Shown: positions 52,151 through 64,000 of the stretch, piece by piece
Layout of the letters: each line of letters begins with the position of its first letter
How positions within the stretch are numbered: position 1 is the first letter of the stretch
NCBI RefSeq assembly: GCF_030144855.1
Contig: NC_082731.1
Coordinates: 23,932,001 to 23,996,000, forward strand
Source: Hypanus sabinus
Lineage: Eukaryota
Length of the DNA stretch: 64,000 nucleotides
Reading direction: 5' to 3'
The notes under the pieces: generated by a model
Seen by the model: the letters and a program-made list of their open reading frames with translations, nothing else
What the model was told of the DNA's origin: nothing
Databases searched by the model: none
Position numbers and translations under genes: made by a program

Positions 52151-55020
52151 TCAACCTTGCATCCAGTCCTATCCTTTTCCATAATATTATTTTTGTATAC
52201 TTTTAGAGGAATGCCTGCCGGGAATACAGCAGAGATACGTTTACTGGCATTTGAGACTAGGCTTGTGGATCATAAAAGAAGAAGTCAGTTGGTGATAGGT
52301 GTTTCAGTTCTTAGCAGAAGGTAGGCAGGATTCTGCGGAGGTGAAATAGAATCTCAAATTGTTTGCTGTGCCCATGGTCCAGCGTCAGCGAGGAGTCAAT
52401 TCTGATCCATTTAAGTATTAACAGGAAGGATGAGCAACCATAATCCATGGTAAATATTGGTATCAAATATATTGGTAGTAGAAGCAACAAGGTTAATAGA
52501 GACAATTTCGAGTTCGGGATAGGCTGCGGAATGGCAAGATATCAAAAGTAAATATATTTGGATTTCTGTACGGGGCACACGCCAGTGAGTTGCGGAATAC
52601 GATCGCATAGAGATGCTTGTGTTCTGAATACATTGCCGTCAACTCATTGCATCCAGTGTTCATAATGTAATTAGTTTCAAAGTAAGTACTGAAAACAAAT
52701 TTGACGTGTACGCGGGTTGAAATTCTGAACTGCAGAAACACCGATTTTCAGGTATCAGAAATAATCAGATAAGTGTGGATTCGAGTACGTTGTTTTATGG
52801 CAGATGAATACGAGGAAAAAGTGCGACGTCTTCAAAAAATTGCGAATTGTAGGTGCCTGTCCGATTAAAGGGTGAAGACAACTGTGTTAGGGAAACTTAG
52901 CTTTAAAGAGCGGTTGATGAACTGATTGTGAAAGCAATAACGACCATAGCCGCTATGGGTAAGCAGGAGCAAATAATATACTTACAGAGGTTAAAAAATG
53001 CTACACCGCTCGTTGGAAACATATTAGGTTGTCTAAATGAAAGCATGAAGTTGTCCAAACGGATAAAGTTAAAGAGATTTTTTTAGGACATCTACTGACA
53101 TGTTGAGTGATATAGGACTGCAAGAGAAAAAAAAATAAACTTCAAGAAAATAAGAATAGAAATCTATGCCTGCAGGCAAAGGAGAACAGAAAGAACTTGA
53201 ATCTGTGTCTTTGCATCTGTATTTACTCCTTAAATGGACAGATAGTCTTCAGGGCCGATACGAAAAGTTAGCGAGATTGTGTACTAAATTTTATGCAAAT
53301 AGTGAATGATGAGGAGGATTGTCACCACAGGACGTGAGGATGATCTTTTTTTTTCTGTTTTGTATCCGTTCTATGATTCTAACATGATGCGTTAGCAAAC
53401 GAGTATCGAATGTAGAAAATCGGTTGTTGCAGTCACAGAACGTTTCACGATTTCTGGATTGCTGCTGGACTCGAATCATCCTACTTTGCGTAATATAGCA
53501 TTATAGATAGGAAGTTTCTTCAGATAATCAATGCACAGAACAACCTGGGCATCAGTTGACGGACAGCGACAGTTCGATTTTATTATCAGCTATAAACACA
53601 CGCAGAAAAAATGAGAAAAATCGAATCCATCTTCTTCTCTCCAAAAAGCTATTTAGTATAGGAAGAACTTGCAGTTGCACTTAAGTCCTTTTACAAACTG
53701 TACGTATTTAATCAACAAACAACAATAATGTGTGGATTATTAAATCGGAAACTAACTTAGAAAATTTGGAGGTAAAACCAGTAAATTGCAGAATTGTTTT
53801 AGTAATATCGAGAATGCTTGAGAAACACGTCGTGCCTTTGCAGTACGAGAGCATTTGAAGAAAATTTTAAAAAATGCAAAATAATGTTGGAAATTTGCAA
53901 GGGACCCATTCTCAGTATAAAGGCGAAAAAGAATGGAACCACCGCCCGTGCAATAAATGAGCAACTTGAATAGATATGAAATGCTATCACTACTGACCAG
54001 ATTAATTTCGAGACTTGTAATTTCTGAATATATTCAAAGACCGGTAAGAAACCTAATATCCATCTCTCACATGGGATATATATGATGATCTAACAAAATG
54101 AGGAAGAGACTTTTTTTCATTTTCAGAATGAAGTGGGGCGACTCCTTGGTAGAGTCTCCCACTTTATGTTATTCTAAATCGATCACTACACCTAATATGA
54201 CCTATCGATCTCTGCCATTTTCTGACTGCACGCGTACTTAAACAGTGAAGATTTTAATCAAGAACCGATCCATCTGCTTTGTCCAACTGTTTAGCAGGAT
54301 CAGTACATTTATTAACCAAGATGAATATTTCAAATTGTCCATAAAGGTATGTACATCGAAGATTTATACGTGTTGGAATGATAATTTGAGCATTACGTAC
54401 ATTATTTGAGCTGTGTTTAAAATTCAATAACATATGAATACCCATGAATGCAGTCATAAGTGCATTTCTTCCGGGCAAATATATAAAATACCCTGTCAAC
54501 AGTCATACACAACTTAAGACATATCAGACGCATACAAGATAAATTCAGATAGTAGACAAAAATTAGTCCAAATCCCCGAATAAAAGAATGTTGTTGCTGT
54601 CCAGAGTCAAAACAATACATGCAGTACTGGAGCGCGATAAACACTGGAATGCAACACTGTCGGCAGCATGGACGCCGAGCACGCAATCTCCTGCAACGAC
54701 TACTCGTCTTCCTCCTCGTTTACTGCCAAAACGAGAAGGCACAGTTTGAGGCCTGGACCGAGGCTACGTAACTGCCGGAATTATACAGTAAACAGGACTT
54801 GCAACATTACAGACTATGAATGTCTAGTGTGTTCTTGCCGTTAAAAAAACTACGAAGACAAGCACTAAATTTTATTCTTCACTTCGTGTCCCCATAGCGA
54901 TCCCGAAGCTAATCCTTACCTGGTCTTAAAGTACTCCGTATGAAGTCCAGCTACATTACTTTCTCTCCAAACAACCATCGCGCGACAGGTAGACATGCAG
55001 GATTCGAAGTACTTAACGTT

Positions 55021-55157
55021 NNNNNNNNNNNNNNNNNNNNNNNNNNNNNNNNNNNNNNNNNNNNNNNNNNNNNNNNNNNNNNNNNNNNNNNNNNNNNNNN
55101 NNNNNNNNNNNNNNNNNNNNNNNNNNNNNNNNNNNNNNNNNNNNNNNNNNNNNNNNN
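55021..55157. other. Assembly gap (N run)
   Basis: Run of n. Confidence 1.
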
Positions 55158-58100
55158 TAGATACGTGGGTAAATAAGTAAGTACTTAAATAATTAATCCA
55201 ACCAATAAATAAGTGCACATATACACACTGTGCCGTCTACGGTTTCAATTTTTACGTTTGGCTGACGTGTAGAATACTCATTTAAATCAATCAGAATAGT
55301 ACAAGTTCATCCTTTCAACATTTTATAGCCATAGAATCTATATAATTCTCATTTACAGAAAACCTGCCCTTTTTAAGAATAACCAAATTGTGCAGCACAA
55401 ACACAAATTAGAAATTCATTATCGATGTTTCTCATTCACCATGTGCGTATGGAGCCGCAACATCTTGAGCTGTAGCAAGTATTGCATGATCCAAATTCTC
55501 TTTGAATAATAGTGTAAAATTCGTCAGCATTAGAGCTGAAAACGTATGCAAATGAGCACTAGGTTTATTAGATAAATTGCGTAACATGGGAGTTCAGTTG
55601 TAAGTGCTCATGCATTCATCGAAAGTTACCTGTAGAACGTCTCGCTAGAAACTGTACAAGGGCAGATCCTTCAATTCTACTCACAGCAGTTCAGCACAGC
55701 TACTGTCTGAAGCTGGAGGTGCAGAACACACCTCCCAGTTGTGTGCAAAAAAAAAAAAAATGTTTATTGCGCCGACTTTAAGGGTGCTTATTTGGCCAAC
55801 TCGTTAAACAATTAATTTTAATAGTTGTATTATTTTCTACTATGACAACCTTTACTTTTAAGACAGGTGAGGTAAATTGTAATATTTCTCTCACTGAGCC
55901 ACATCGAGGGGGTCTCTGAAACATTTACGTTATTTCAGGCGTATACTGAGGTATTGAATAATCGCCGAATGCTCCTGTAAAATATTTAAAAAAAAACAGG
56001 AACAGTGAGGAGTTTAGAATTCAACCAAAGCTAAGCACAGAGTTATTTTAAAATGCACTCATTTGGTGCATGAAGCGATGATTATTATCGTTAATCATTC
56101 ACACAACGTAGACACTAGTTTAGATACAATACTGACGAACGGTCTCGGCCCGAAACGTTGACTGCTCATTTCAACTGATGCTGCCCGACCTGCTGAGTTC
56201 ATCCAGCTTTTGTACGTGCTAATTTGTCCACAGCATCTCCAGTGCACTTTGCATTTAGTTTAGAACATGAACATGAGATGAGCAATGAATCCATCCTGTT
56301 TGTGTTCGGATATCTGTTATGAAAACAAGAACGAGCCATTAACTGGTGTATGATGTGCTGATCGATGACAGTTGACACTATTACAGCATAACCTTCCGCC
56401 TTGACATTCGCTGATTTGTTCTGCTACTTCTTTTTTTCTTTCCAACTTCCAGAATCTCACAGAGATTTAGAGCAGTGTTGAACTACAGCGCGGAAAGAAA
56501 TCATAAATGGGGTAATCACACCCTTGTTCACCACTGCTGTTGGCAGATTATTCCACTCAGGCCATCCGATGAATGATTTCTCCCTCAAGACCGCATTAAA
56601 CTCTCACCCATGACCTTTAGTTGCAAATTTTCCTAAATTCCAAGGGGAAAAAAAGCCTATTTCCATTGAAACTACCTGATTCCCTTATTGTTTTCTACAC
56701 TTTAATAAAAATGTCCACTCATTCTACGGAGTTTCAGGGAAGAACTTGATAATATTTTACAGCTGTCCCCTTTCCGTAGGTCCAAAGGAAAAGGCACCAT
56801 TGTTTTTGACTTCACTGAAGTTTTGATTATGTAAACAATCATTCAGAATTATCCACTCATGATCTCTCCCGTCAAATCTGGGTGCATGGGAAGACGATCA
56901 CATTGTTCGTAAAGATTGCCTCTCCATATGCGTCTGTGTCATTTTATATGTAAAAGCCCCTGGACATCACCTTTCCATTGTTTGTTAAAGCAGCCCCATG
57001 CATCCTGTGTATGTCTCTCTTTGACATGTTTTTCACATCTTCTAACATCACGTACAGTACCTGACTTGCTGTAAGCGCTTACCCACTGTGAGCCTCGTTC
57101 TCCGATTTAATAAGGGCCACAATATCCTAGAAAACAAACGGTCGCTAAATTTGCTTTGCATTGCATTCAAAAAGGGTTCCTTCGGAAATATTCGGTGACT
57201 ACTGAAAGATTAAAATTTACTATATTCTGCAAAGCGGTCCATGTTTTTATGATAAAGGAAGATGTAGTTTAGCTGAGAGATTAGGGAGAAACGTCCTGCA
57301 AGGAATCACAGTAAAAGAGCCGCGAAAATATATGAGTCAACCGAAGGAATAGTGGACGGCTTGTTTGAGAGTGTGAGCTGTAGAGTCGCCAAGAATGGAT
57401 ATAAACACTTCGCTTCCTCCATCAGTTTTTTTTTTTCCCCGGATGTCCCACTCTTCTTCCCACGTGCAGATCGGCGAGTATTTGATAGCTGCAACGTAAA
57501 TTGTAAACTGTTTTCTGAATGAAAATACATGGAGAGAAGGATCTGTTCTGTATAGACATCTTTCTTAATACGTCGAAACAGTGACGAGATAACGGGATAA
57601 TCAGCCATAGAGATTAAAGCGAAATTCACAATGTGGAAGCGACTGATAGTATCGGATTGCATCTTGAGTGTTTCTGGAAATATAAGATATATCAATATAA
57701 ATGTGCGTTTAATGCATCTATTTATGTAACGTATGTCTGAATGAAGACATGTTTGTTAAACAGAAACTATGTTCGACATCTTTTTAGTTGTTTTCCTCAC
57801 GGCACAGCACAGAATAGAGCATTACAATCCATTCAAAATACGTAACCCTACTGTTCACTGAAATCCACAATTTATCCAGCAGCTATTCAAAAGACATTTT
57901 AAAATGACTACTTCAGCCAGGCGATACGTATTTGAAATGTGGCAGGGTACCAGAACATCCGATCTACACTCGTGCATTCTATGGCCAGGACGTACAGACT
58001 ACTGACAGTTTACCTGGAATTGTAATCCCTGATTTGCAATAGATTTGATTTAACCGCTACAATACAGTGGCGCCAAAGCATATAAAACCACAGTTTTATG

Positions 58101-59049
58101 TTACAGTAGCAGTTTTGCGGAAATGCATTTATTTAGAAAGTCATGGAAGCAGCAATGAATCAGAACTAATAACTAATAGAGCAAATCGTTTCGTTTTGTT
58201 GTCCAATATAGAGAACCGGGTATTCCTTCTAATTAATGTGTCTTTGGAGTATTGCTTGGGGATCCCAATAGGAGCAAGTTCCGGCTCGGACTAAATTGAT
58301 GCAAATTAAGGACATGCCGAAACCTACGTTATCTCTTATGAGCTGCAGGATTTACGATTATTCCTCACAAATAGTTGTCACGGGATGTTTACATTGCAAC
58401 CCCTCTCCTAGTAACTCGAATCCCTCCAATTATATAAATCCAATTAATCGGAATAACAAGTAATTACCAAAACAGAGCAGTTTCATTAGGTTTCATGGTA
58501 TCAGTAGAATGTGAACGCAACAAATGACATCTCAATGCCGAGCGACTGCATGTTAATACTTTTTGGAGGAACATTTCATACGCGTCTAAGATACATTCAG
58601 GCTCTGTATAAATGCATCGTGATAAGGACACGGGCGTGGATATGACAGAAACTGAATAATATCTTTACCTCCTGATGTCGTATATATCTGAAGCAATAGA
58701 TTATGATTTTATCTTTGGAAATAGTTTATTACATAAATACATTATACTAAATCGCATATAAGGACTCCTTATCCTATATTCATGCAGAATAACTATTTCG
58801 TAACATTGAACTATAGCAATTTTATAGTATAATAATCTAACCCACTACCAAGACTGAAGCTGACTGCTAAATTAAAAAAAAAATGATATTTGACATTATC
58901 TGTGCTTTAAAAGCAAATCAAAGTTTTTGAATATAATTCCGAAAATGTCCCCACGATGGTCGAAAGTCTCGACTAGATTCAGAGATTGAATATGGGAATA
59001 TGCTCTAAATTTAAACATAAGATCATATCACGTAACTATTCGGCATGTA

Positions 59050-59440
59050 TAGTTGGGTCCGCAACTTTCCATTTAAGCAAGAGCGTCCTTCGGGGCATAA
59101 GAGAAATAAAACCCAAAATGTGCAAGTAAGATGACTCCAAAATTATATCCTTTCCTGCAACGATACCAAATAAAGCGGTGAAAGGAATAGCGTTGCAGCT
59201 TATATTGAAAAAGTAATCGAGAACGTTTTAAATAGTACTTTCCAAAATTTTCCATTAATCGGACATGTCCAAAACATAGAAATGAGTGAAGCTTCTCCAT
59301 TATTACATTTTTCTGCAAACGGAGACTTATCCAAGTAAAAACGAGACAGCTTATCCTTCGTCATATGTGCTCTATGTAATTGCAACACTTCAAAATCCTG
59401 CAACCTTTGCGCTACTTTCCTGTCGCCGTTTCCTCGACAC
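59050..59440 (-). mobile_element. L1/Tx1-like LINE ORF2 C-terminal remnant
   Basis: LHRAHMTKDKLSRFY..SPFAEKCNNGEASLISMFWTCP..KFWKVLF resembles the L1-clade C-terminal CCHC region. Confidence 0.65.
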
Positions 59441-59896
59441 AACGTTTTTGTAATTTTGCTACATTCATATGATTGTTAGATTGTATGTAAGACATAGATG
59501 TGGCATAAAATGTATTAGGAATCAGGAACCACAATGAGCACCCTCAATGAGTGCAATGTCCCAACTCTTTTCCTATGTCTTGTGGTATAAAACGCGAATT
59601 TACAAAAGGAAATGATGTCTTTTCGCTCCAGGAGTAAATTCTGCAGAGATTTGTGTCTTCCCTTTACACAGACAAAATGGTGAAAGAAATCGGCAGATCG
59701 ACTGCAACCCTTGAGATAATTTTTCGAGCCAAGAGATTCCATCAGAACATTATAATTTCCTCCAGCATATTTTGGGATTTGATTTTGGTACTTTTGTTTT
59801 CTCTATCACCATTCTACTAAAAATCACACCGCACTGCGATTTCATGCCGTTGATGCCGTGCTCGGCAGCGGTGTATTTATATGATACTACTAAAAG

Positions 59897-59935
59897 TGTT
59901 TTTGTATTGTTCTATCGCTGTTCAGCAGCACTGTG
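59897..59935 (-). other. Second (downstream) near-consensus 23-RSS behind the supporting V
   Basis: Minus strand CACAGTG (59935-59929), 23 nt, ACAAAAACA (59905-59897). Confidence 0.85.
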
Positions 59936-59957
59936 TGGTTGCAAAAAGAGGCTCAGT

Positions 59958-59996
59958 GCTTCTTGTGGAGCGCTGTCAATTTGCGGCATCACAGTG
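59958..59996 (-). other. 23-spacer RSS of the supporting TCR delta V
   Basis: Minus strand CACTGTG (59996-59990), 23 nt, ACAAGAAGC (59966-59958), directly after YYCAISPFP. Confidence 0.88.
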
Positions 59997-60299
59997 CTGG
60001 GAACGGACTAATTGCGCAGTAATACAATGCAGCGTCGCTCAGTTGCAGTTTTGAGATCGTCAGCTGGCTGATTTTCTTATCAGGATCTAGAACAGCAGTA
60101 ATTCGTTCACCGGCGATTTTTATTTCGTCTTGTTCTCCAAAGGTTTGTCTCTGGACCAGATGTATGTGTGGCTGTACTCGAAGCTGCCGATACCAGTGTA
60201 ACGTTTTGAAACAATGCACATTATAATTACATTTTAATCTGATGTTGCCAGCAAGAGTAGTTTGTAGTTCAGGTATCTGAGACGGTGGAGAAATGGATT
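59997..60299 (-). CDS. Leaderless supporting TCR delta V of NAR-TCR (cassette A), intact
   Basis: After acceptor CCTACAG (60300-60301) it reads (E)SISPPSQIPELQTTLAGNIRLKCNYNVHCFKTLHWYRQ...SQLTISKLQLSDAALYYCAISPFP. It has an extra Cys in CDR1, no leader exon was found upstream, and it is phase-1 compatible with the NAR J donor 1.94 kb upstream. Confidence 0.9.
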
Positions 60300-62236
60300 C
60301 TGTAGGAATGCAAAGGATGATTATTGGTGTTTAACATGTCTATCAGAAAAATTGTCCCAAATAAGGGAAAGAAAATTTGCTTTTACGCAAGCACATGTCA
60401 ATTAGAGTGTATCTCAATTGAAACATTTATTGTCACTTCCGTTTACTGTAAGAAATTGTTGCAGTGTAAATATCAGGAGCACATGACATTTGGAGGACGC
60501 ATTGCTGTTATGAAAATATTTGATACTGTGTGAATCAATGTGAAAGAAAGAAACTGAATTCATGGAGAAGTTCTGTCGAGCCATCAAAGTCATAATGGGT
60601 GGATCTCACTTTTTTCAGTTCTATGCTGATTTTTTTCTTCATAGACTTTCCCCATTATGGATTGTAGCCTGTGCCCCATCTTGGACTGTAGTTTGGCATC
60701 ACATTTTTGAGGTTGAAGCGTGCAGACTGGTCAGTTTTTTTTTTAAGCAGCTGAAGACTGATCCGAATTTTCAAGCGGATTTTAGCAGATGTCCATATAA
60801 ATGTTCGGATCCCGAAACATTACTTATTCTTTTTATGCAGTTGGTATGACATTTCCGGTCCTATCTGAGAAATAATTGGAGAAAACTATGTTCATTGTTT
60901 CCTGCATGTCGCTGGCTCATATGTGTTATTTCTGCATGTGGTTTATGACTTAAGCTTATGACAACATTTCCCACGTGCATGACGGTGGTCGGTTGTATTC
61001 ATTCTACGAAGATTGGATAGGCATTTCAAACTTATTACTGGCTGCCAATTTCGTCTGCATCTCCCTCCGTTAATTATGTTTGCCACTTTGTCTTTCTATG
61101 CACTGGGTGTAGATTCATTCTCAGGAATCACATAACACAAGAAAGAACTTAACCTTACAATTACTCTACTTCATCATACGGGCCTCGGTACAGCTCTCTA
61201 AAGCCTACCACAACGTAGATAATTGCATTCCTGCATTCTATGAATTAGTCAGCCTCCCCTCTTTCTGTATCCTTTCGTGCAGGTGCTCCTGATCTTCGTT
61301 CTATCGTATGCAGGTCTCTCAGTAACAGTAACTGTGGTGATGACTATTCAGGCTAACCGAATTGCGACTCTGTATTGTTATAATGAAATGGCTTCTCTGT
61401 AATATTATTTAATGCTTTGGTAGTTTTTTTTTGTGTCTGGATTATTTGGGTTATGACTGCAGATAAGGGGGTGAACTAACCAAAGCAGAATTGTTATGCT
61501 ATCTTGTATGTGTAACCTGAGTTGCAGTTCGCAGTCTGTTTCGGGAGGCGAGCGAGAGGACGGATGTGTGAGGGGCGCCTAGCGGTTCCAGGGCGGCAGA
61601 TAATGGAGGACAGCGGTTTGGACGTTGGACGAAGTCTCGGAAGGCCGTTGTGGATGGATCCGGCAGCGTGAGCTCAAATGCCTTAAAATATTACGTGCAA
61701 AAACTGATAAATTTCCTGATTTGGCGAATTTCGTTTAACTGTTTCTCGTAACCCATCACTAAGAAATTACTATAAAGTCACAATTATTTAAACAGCTTTG
61801 GTGTATGGTCTGATATTTGTGTTGCGAGATTGTACTGGGTGGATGGAGGCATTACATAGTGTTTACACAGTAGTATTGCACTATTGGCGGGGCGACGACA
61901 GTTAACCCTAGTTGAACGGGGGTAAATTGGGGGCACAGATGCTACACGTACTTATTAATTTTGGGGTTTGGGCATTATAGGCAGCGCCAACTGTATTGTT
62001 CATCAGCAGCAATAATTTGCAACCTCTCGATGTTCTGAGAATGTCTACAGTAAAGGTTCATCCAGATAAAAGACACACTGTGCTTAAGTCGCCTCTGACA
62101 CACTTTGCAGAAACCAAATTTGACTGGGGACACATTTAGAGTTAAATAATTTTACTTTAATCATTCGATCGTCTTTTCGATAACACCAAAAATGGGCGAG
62201 ACATTATAAGTAATGACAATGTTTGTGAACACTTAC

Positions 62237-62294
62237 CGGGCTCAACCGTGACCGTTGTCCACTTTCCTTCATGTGTATAAGTCCTCCACGCATA
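62237..62294 (-). CDS. NAR-TCR J gene segment (cassette A): YAWRTYTHEGKWTTVTVEP, GxG motif altered
   Basis: Open 58 nt with donor G|GTAAGT (62231-62236). GGG>TGG changes EGKG to EGKW. Confidence 0.9.
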
Positions 62295-62333
62295 CACAGT
62301 GATCCTGTTCTTAGTCTTCCCAAGACAACAACT
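62295..62333 (+). other. 23-spacer RSS of J (cassette A)
   Basis: CACAGTG, 23 nt, ACAACAACT. Confidence 0.95.
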
Positions 62334-62677
62334 ACACTCACGTGAATATGCATAGCATCGTCACAATCGGTTTTCCAATGTTTCCAGTGTCGTTAATTGA
62401 ACAGATAGCACGTTGCATTCCACATTTTCTGGTAGGTCAAAATGCTCTTTGAAAGAGGAAAAAAACAGAACACAACCTAATTAAGATAAATTGCAGACCG
62501 ATTCTGAGATGGAACAAAAAACGTAGCAAAGTTGTCAAACAAAAATATTTATGAAATACGGAAATAACAAATAATCTAATCAGACTACTGAGCAAATATT
62601 GTCGGGTTTGTACATTTAGTACAATACATGCAGAGTACCAGCTTTAAAATCCTTTTATATTTATACAAAAAATATTA

Positions 62678-62749
62678 TTTATTTGTTCAGATCTCTTCTA
62701 CTGTGTGTATGCCTTGACTTACACAGTACCTCAAGTGAATATCTAATCT
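62678..62749 (-). CDS. NAR-TCR D segment (62706-62721, TAAGTCAAGGCATACA) with flanking 12-RSS (cassette A)
   Basis: The J-side RSS is CACAGTA-12-ACAAATAAA (62705-62678). The V-side RSS is CACAGTA-12-ATCTAATCT (62722-62749; nonamer degenerate). One frame begins with a stop. Confidence 0.8.
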
Positions 62750-63066
62750 CCCGAGGACCCTATAAGAAAAGAGAGCAGGAATTAAGTCCCAGTGAATGCG
62801 TTATCCGGTACCAAGTGCTCAGGAACGATTCCGTCTGTAGTTGGCGACAAATGTGTGCTGCTTTTTTTTAATTATGTGGAAGTTTATTGGCACAGACCTC
62901 AGAGCACCCGCGCTCCCGCAACTGTAGGAAGATTATGACTGAACGTCATTAATAAAAAATAAAACTGACTGCTAGCTAGACTGTAAGACGGTTCGGCAAG
63001 AGGGATGTTAACTTTAACGGCATACCCATTTTGATCCATCTGATTCAACAAGAAGCTACAACGGAA

Positions 63067-63104
63067 GTTTTTTGTACAGCGGGAAGGCGATGTCAATCAT
63101 TGTG
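63067..63104 (-). other. 22/23-type RSS of the NAR-TCR V (cassette A)
   Basis: Minus strand CACAATG, 22 nt, ACAAAAAAC. Confidence 0.92.
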
Positions 63105-63374
63105 AGAGACGCCATTGGTATTCAGCTTCCACTGGAAGATTCCTAATATTCAACGAAAACTGCATGTCGGTTGTTTTAATCGAAGTAGGAATTCTCCCCC
63201 CGGCTGTGATCACTTTCCGTTCAGCCATTGATGGGGTCTGCATGAAGAATTTTCCAGTAATAATATCATATTCACCTGAATAACCAGGCTGTGAACGGCA
63301 GGTAATGGTGGCAGTCTGACACTCATTCAAGTTTATAGTACTGTGGGTCTGAGTCACCGACTGACTCAACGAAC
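63105..63374 (-). pseudogene. NAR-TCR V exon (cassette A), in-frame 24-nt deletion removing DSGTYYCQ
   Basis: It reads ...NIRNLPVE^AEYQWRL versus ...NIRDLRVEDSGTYYCQAEYEWIY in cassette B, so the second canonical Cys is lost. Confidence 0.9.
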
Positions 63375-63512
63375 CTAGAATTAGAAGGAGGAAAGTGAGT
63401 TCAAATCAGAGACGAAGCACACAACACAGTTAAACGAGATGAATTCTTCAAACGCAGAATGACTCAGACTGATTTAATGTAAACGTAATGTTGATGCGTG
63501 AAATGTACTCAC

Positions 63513-63555
63513 GCCGTAAGCAGAACAAAAGTGTCAATAAAAAGAAGACTCCCAT
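63513..63555 (-). CDS. Leader exon of the NAR-TCR V (cassette A): MGVFFLLTLLFCLR
   Basis: Identical (43/43) to 2506-2548, with donor GTGAGT. Confidence 0.9.
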
Positions 63556-64000
63556 CGTCAAACGGGAAGATTTTTGAAATGACGAGGACATGGACAATAA
63601 AGCCAGCACACTAATGGCAGAATTTGCTTCAGATTTGGACAGTGATCTTTCAACGACAGGTTTATTGAAGGACAGTTGGTGGTTCTAATTTGTGTATTTG
63701 TTCAGGGTGAGGAAACTCCTCCCATAACCGCCTGATGTTCAACATGTGTGACGGAGATGGACTATCAGTGGACAAGTCCTTTTCATTCGGAAGTAAACGG
63801 ACGACCTTTCAAAAAATATGTTATTTTCTACTATTTTATGATTTTGAGAACCGTGCCCCAGACCTCAAGAGAATATTTCAATATTTAGACCAGCTCCATT
63901 TAGACGGAGCGGGCGACATAGTAGAGAGAAACGGAGAGGGACTCCAAGTGAGGTTCGGCCGGGTAAGTTCCTTTAAAAGTAGAACGTTTCAATACTTGAG

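Larger units (their letters stand above)
61040..63890. repeat. Segmental duplication copy A (paralog of 1-2885)
   Basis: Colinear with 1-2885; similarity ends near 63890. Confidence 0.95.

Noticed and set aside
60300-62236. Possible leader exon for the supporting V in the J-V intron (GTGAGA-like donor near 60604-60609)
   Set aside because: The sequence upstream of that donor is not hydrophobic and gives no signal peptide, so the V is treated as leaderless.
1-64000. CRISPR arrays, rRNA/tRNA genes, IgH-type or TAIL V segments, TCR constant exons
   Set aside because: None seen. The window is vertebrate intron- and repeat-rich DNA, and only TCR-type and NAR-type V segments were recognisable.

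Overview
This is eukaryotic, repeat-rich DNA from a cartilaginous fish (shark or ray) T-cell receptor alpha/delta variable region. All immune gene segments lie on the minus strand. Read in transcription order (64000 -> 1), the window holds four units. (A) A complete NAR-TCR (doubly rearranging TCR delta) cassette: leader, IgNAR-like V, a D with 12/12 RSS, a NAR-type J and a leaderless supporting TCR delta V with a CDR1 cysteine. Its NAR V has lost the YYC strand through a 24-nt deletion. (2) A decayed TCR V alpha/delta pseudogene at 47.4-47.7 kb that the ORF track misses. (3) An intact conventional TCR V alpha/delta with leader and 23-RSS at 35.3-35.7 kb. (B) A second, apparently intact NAR-TCR leader-V-D-J at 1.2-2.5 kb, whose supporting V should lie just left of base 1. 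Bases ~1-2885 and ~61040-63890 are paralogous copies. The space between is filled with CR1, Rex1-like, Penelope-like, L1-like, BEL/Pao, Gypsy-like LTR and hAT elements, several of them nested, plus microsatellites and four assembly gaps. NAR-TCR itself is a known system (nurse shark; Criscitiello, Saltis and Flajnik 2006), so it is not new. The details most worth a second look are a second, near-consensus 23-RSS behind the supporting V, RSS geometry that would allow cross-cassette chimeric joins, CDR-focused divergence between the cassettes, and TCR-enhancer-like motif clusters. No CRISPR, rRNA, tRNA or prokaryotic genes were seen. All alignments and counts were done by eye, so repeat boundaries are approximate.
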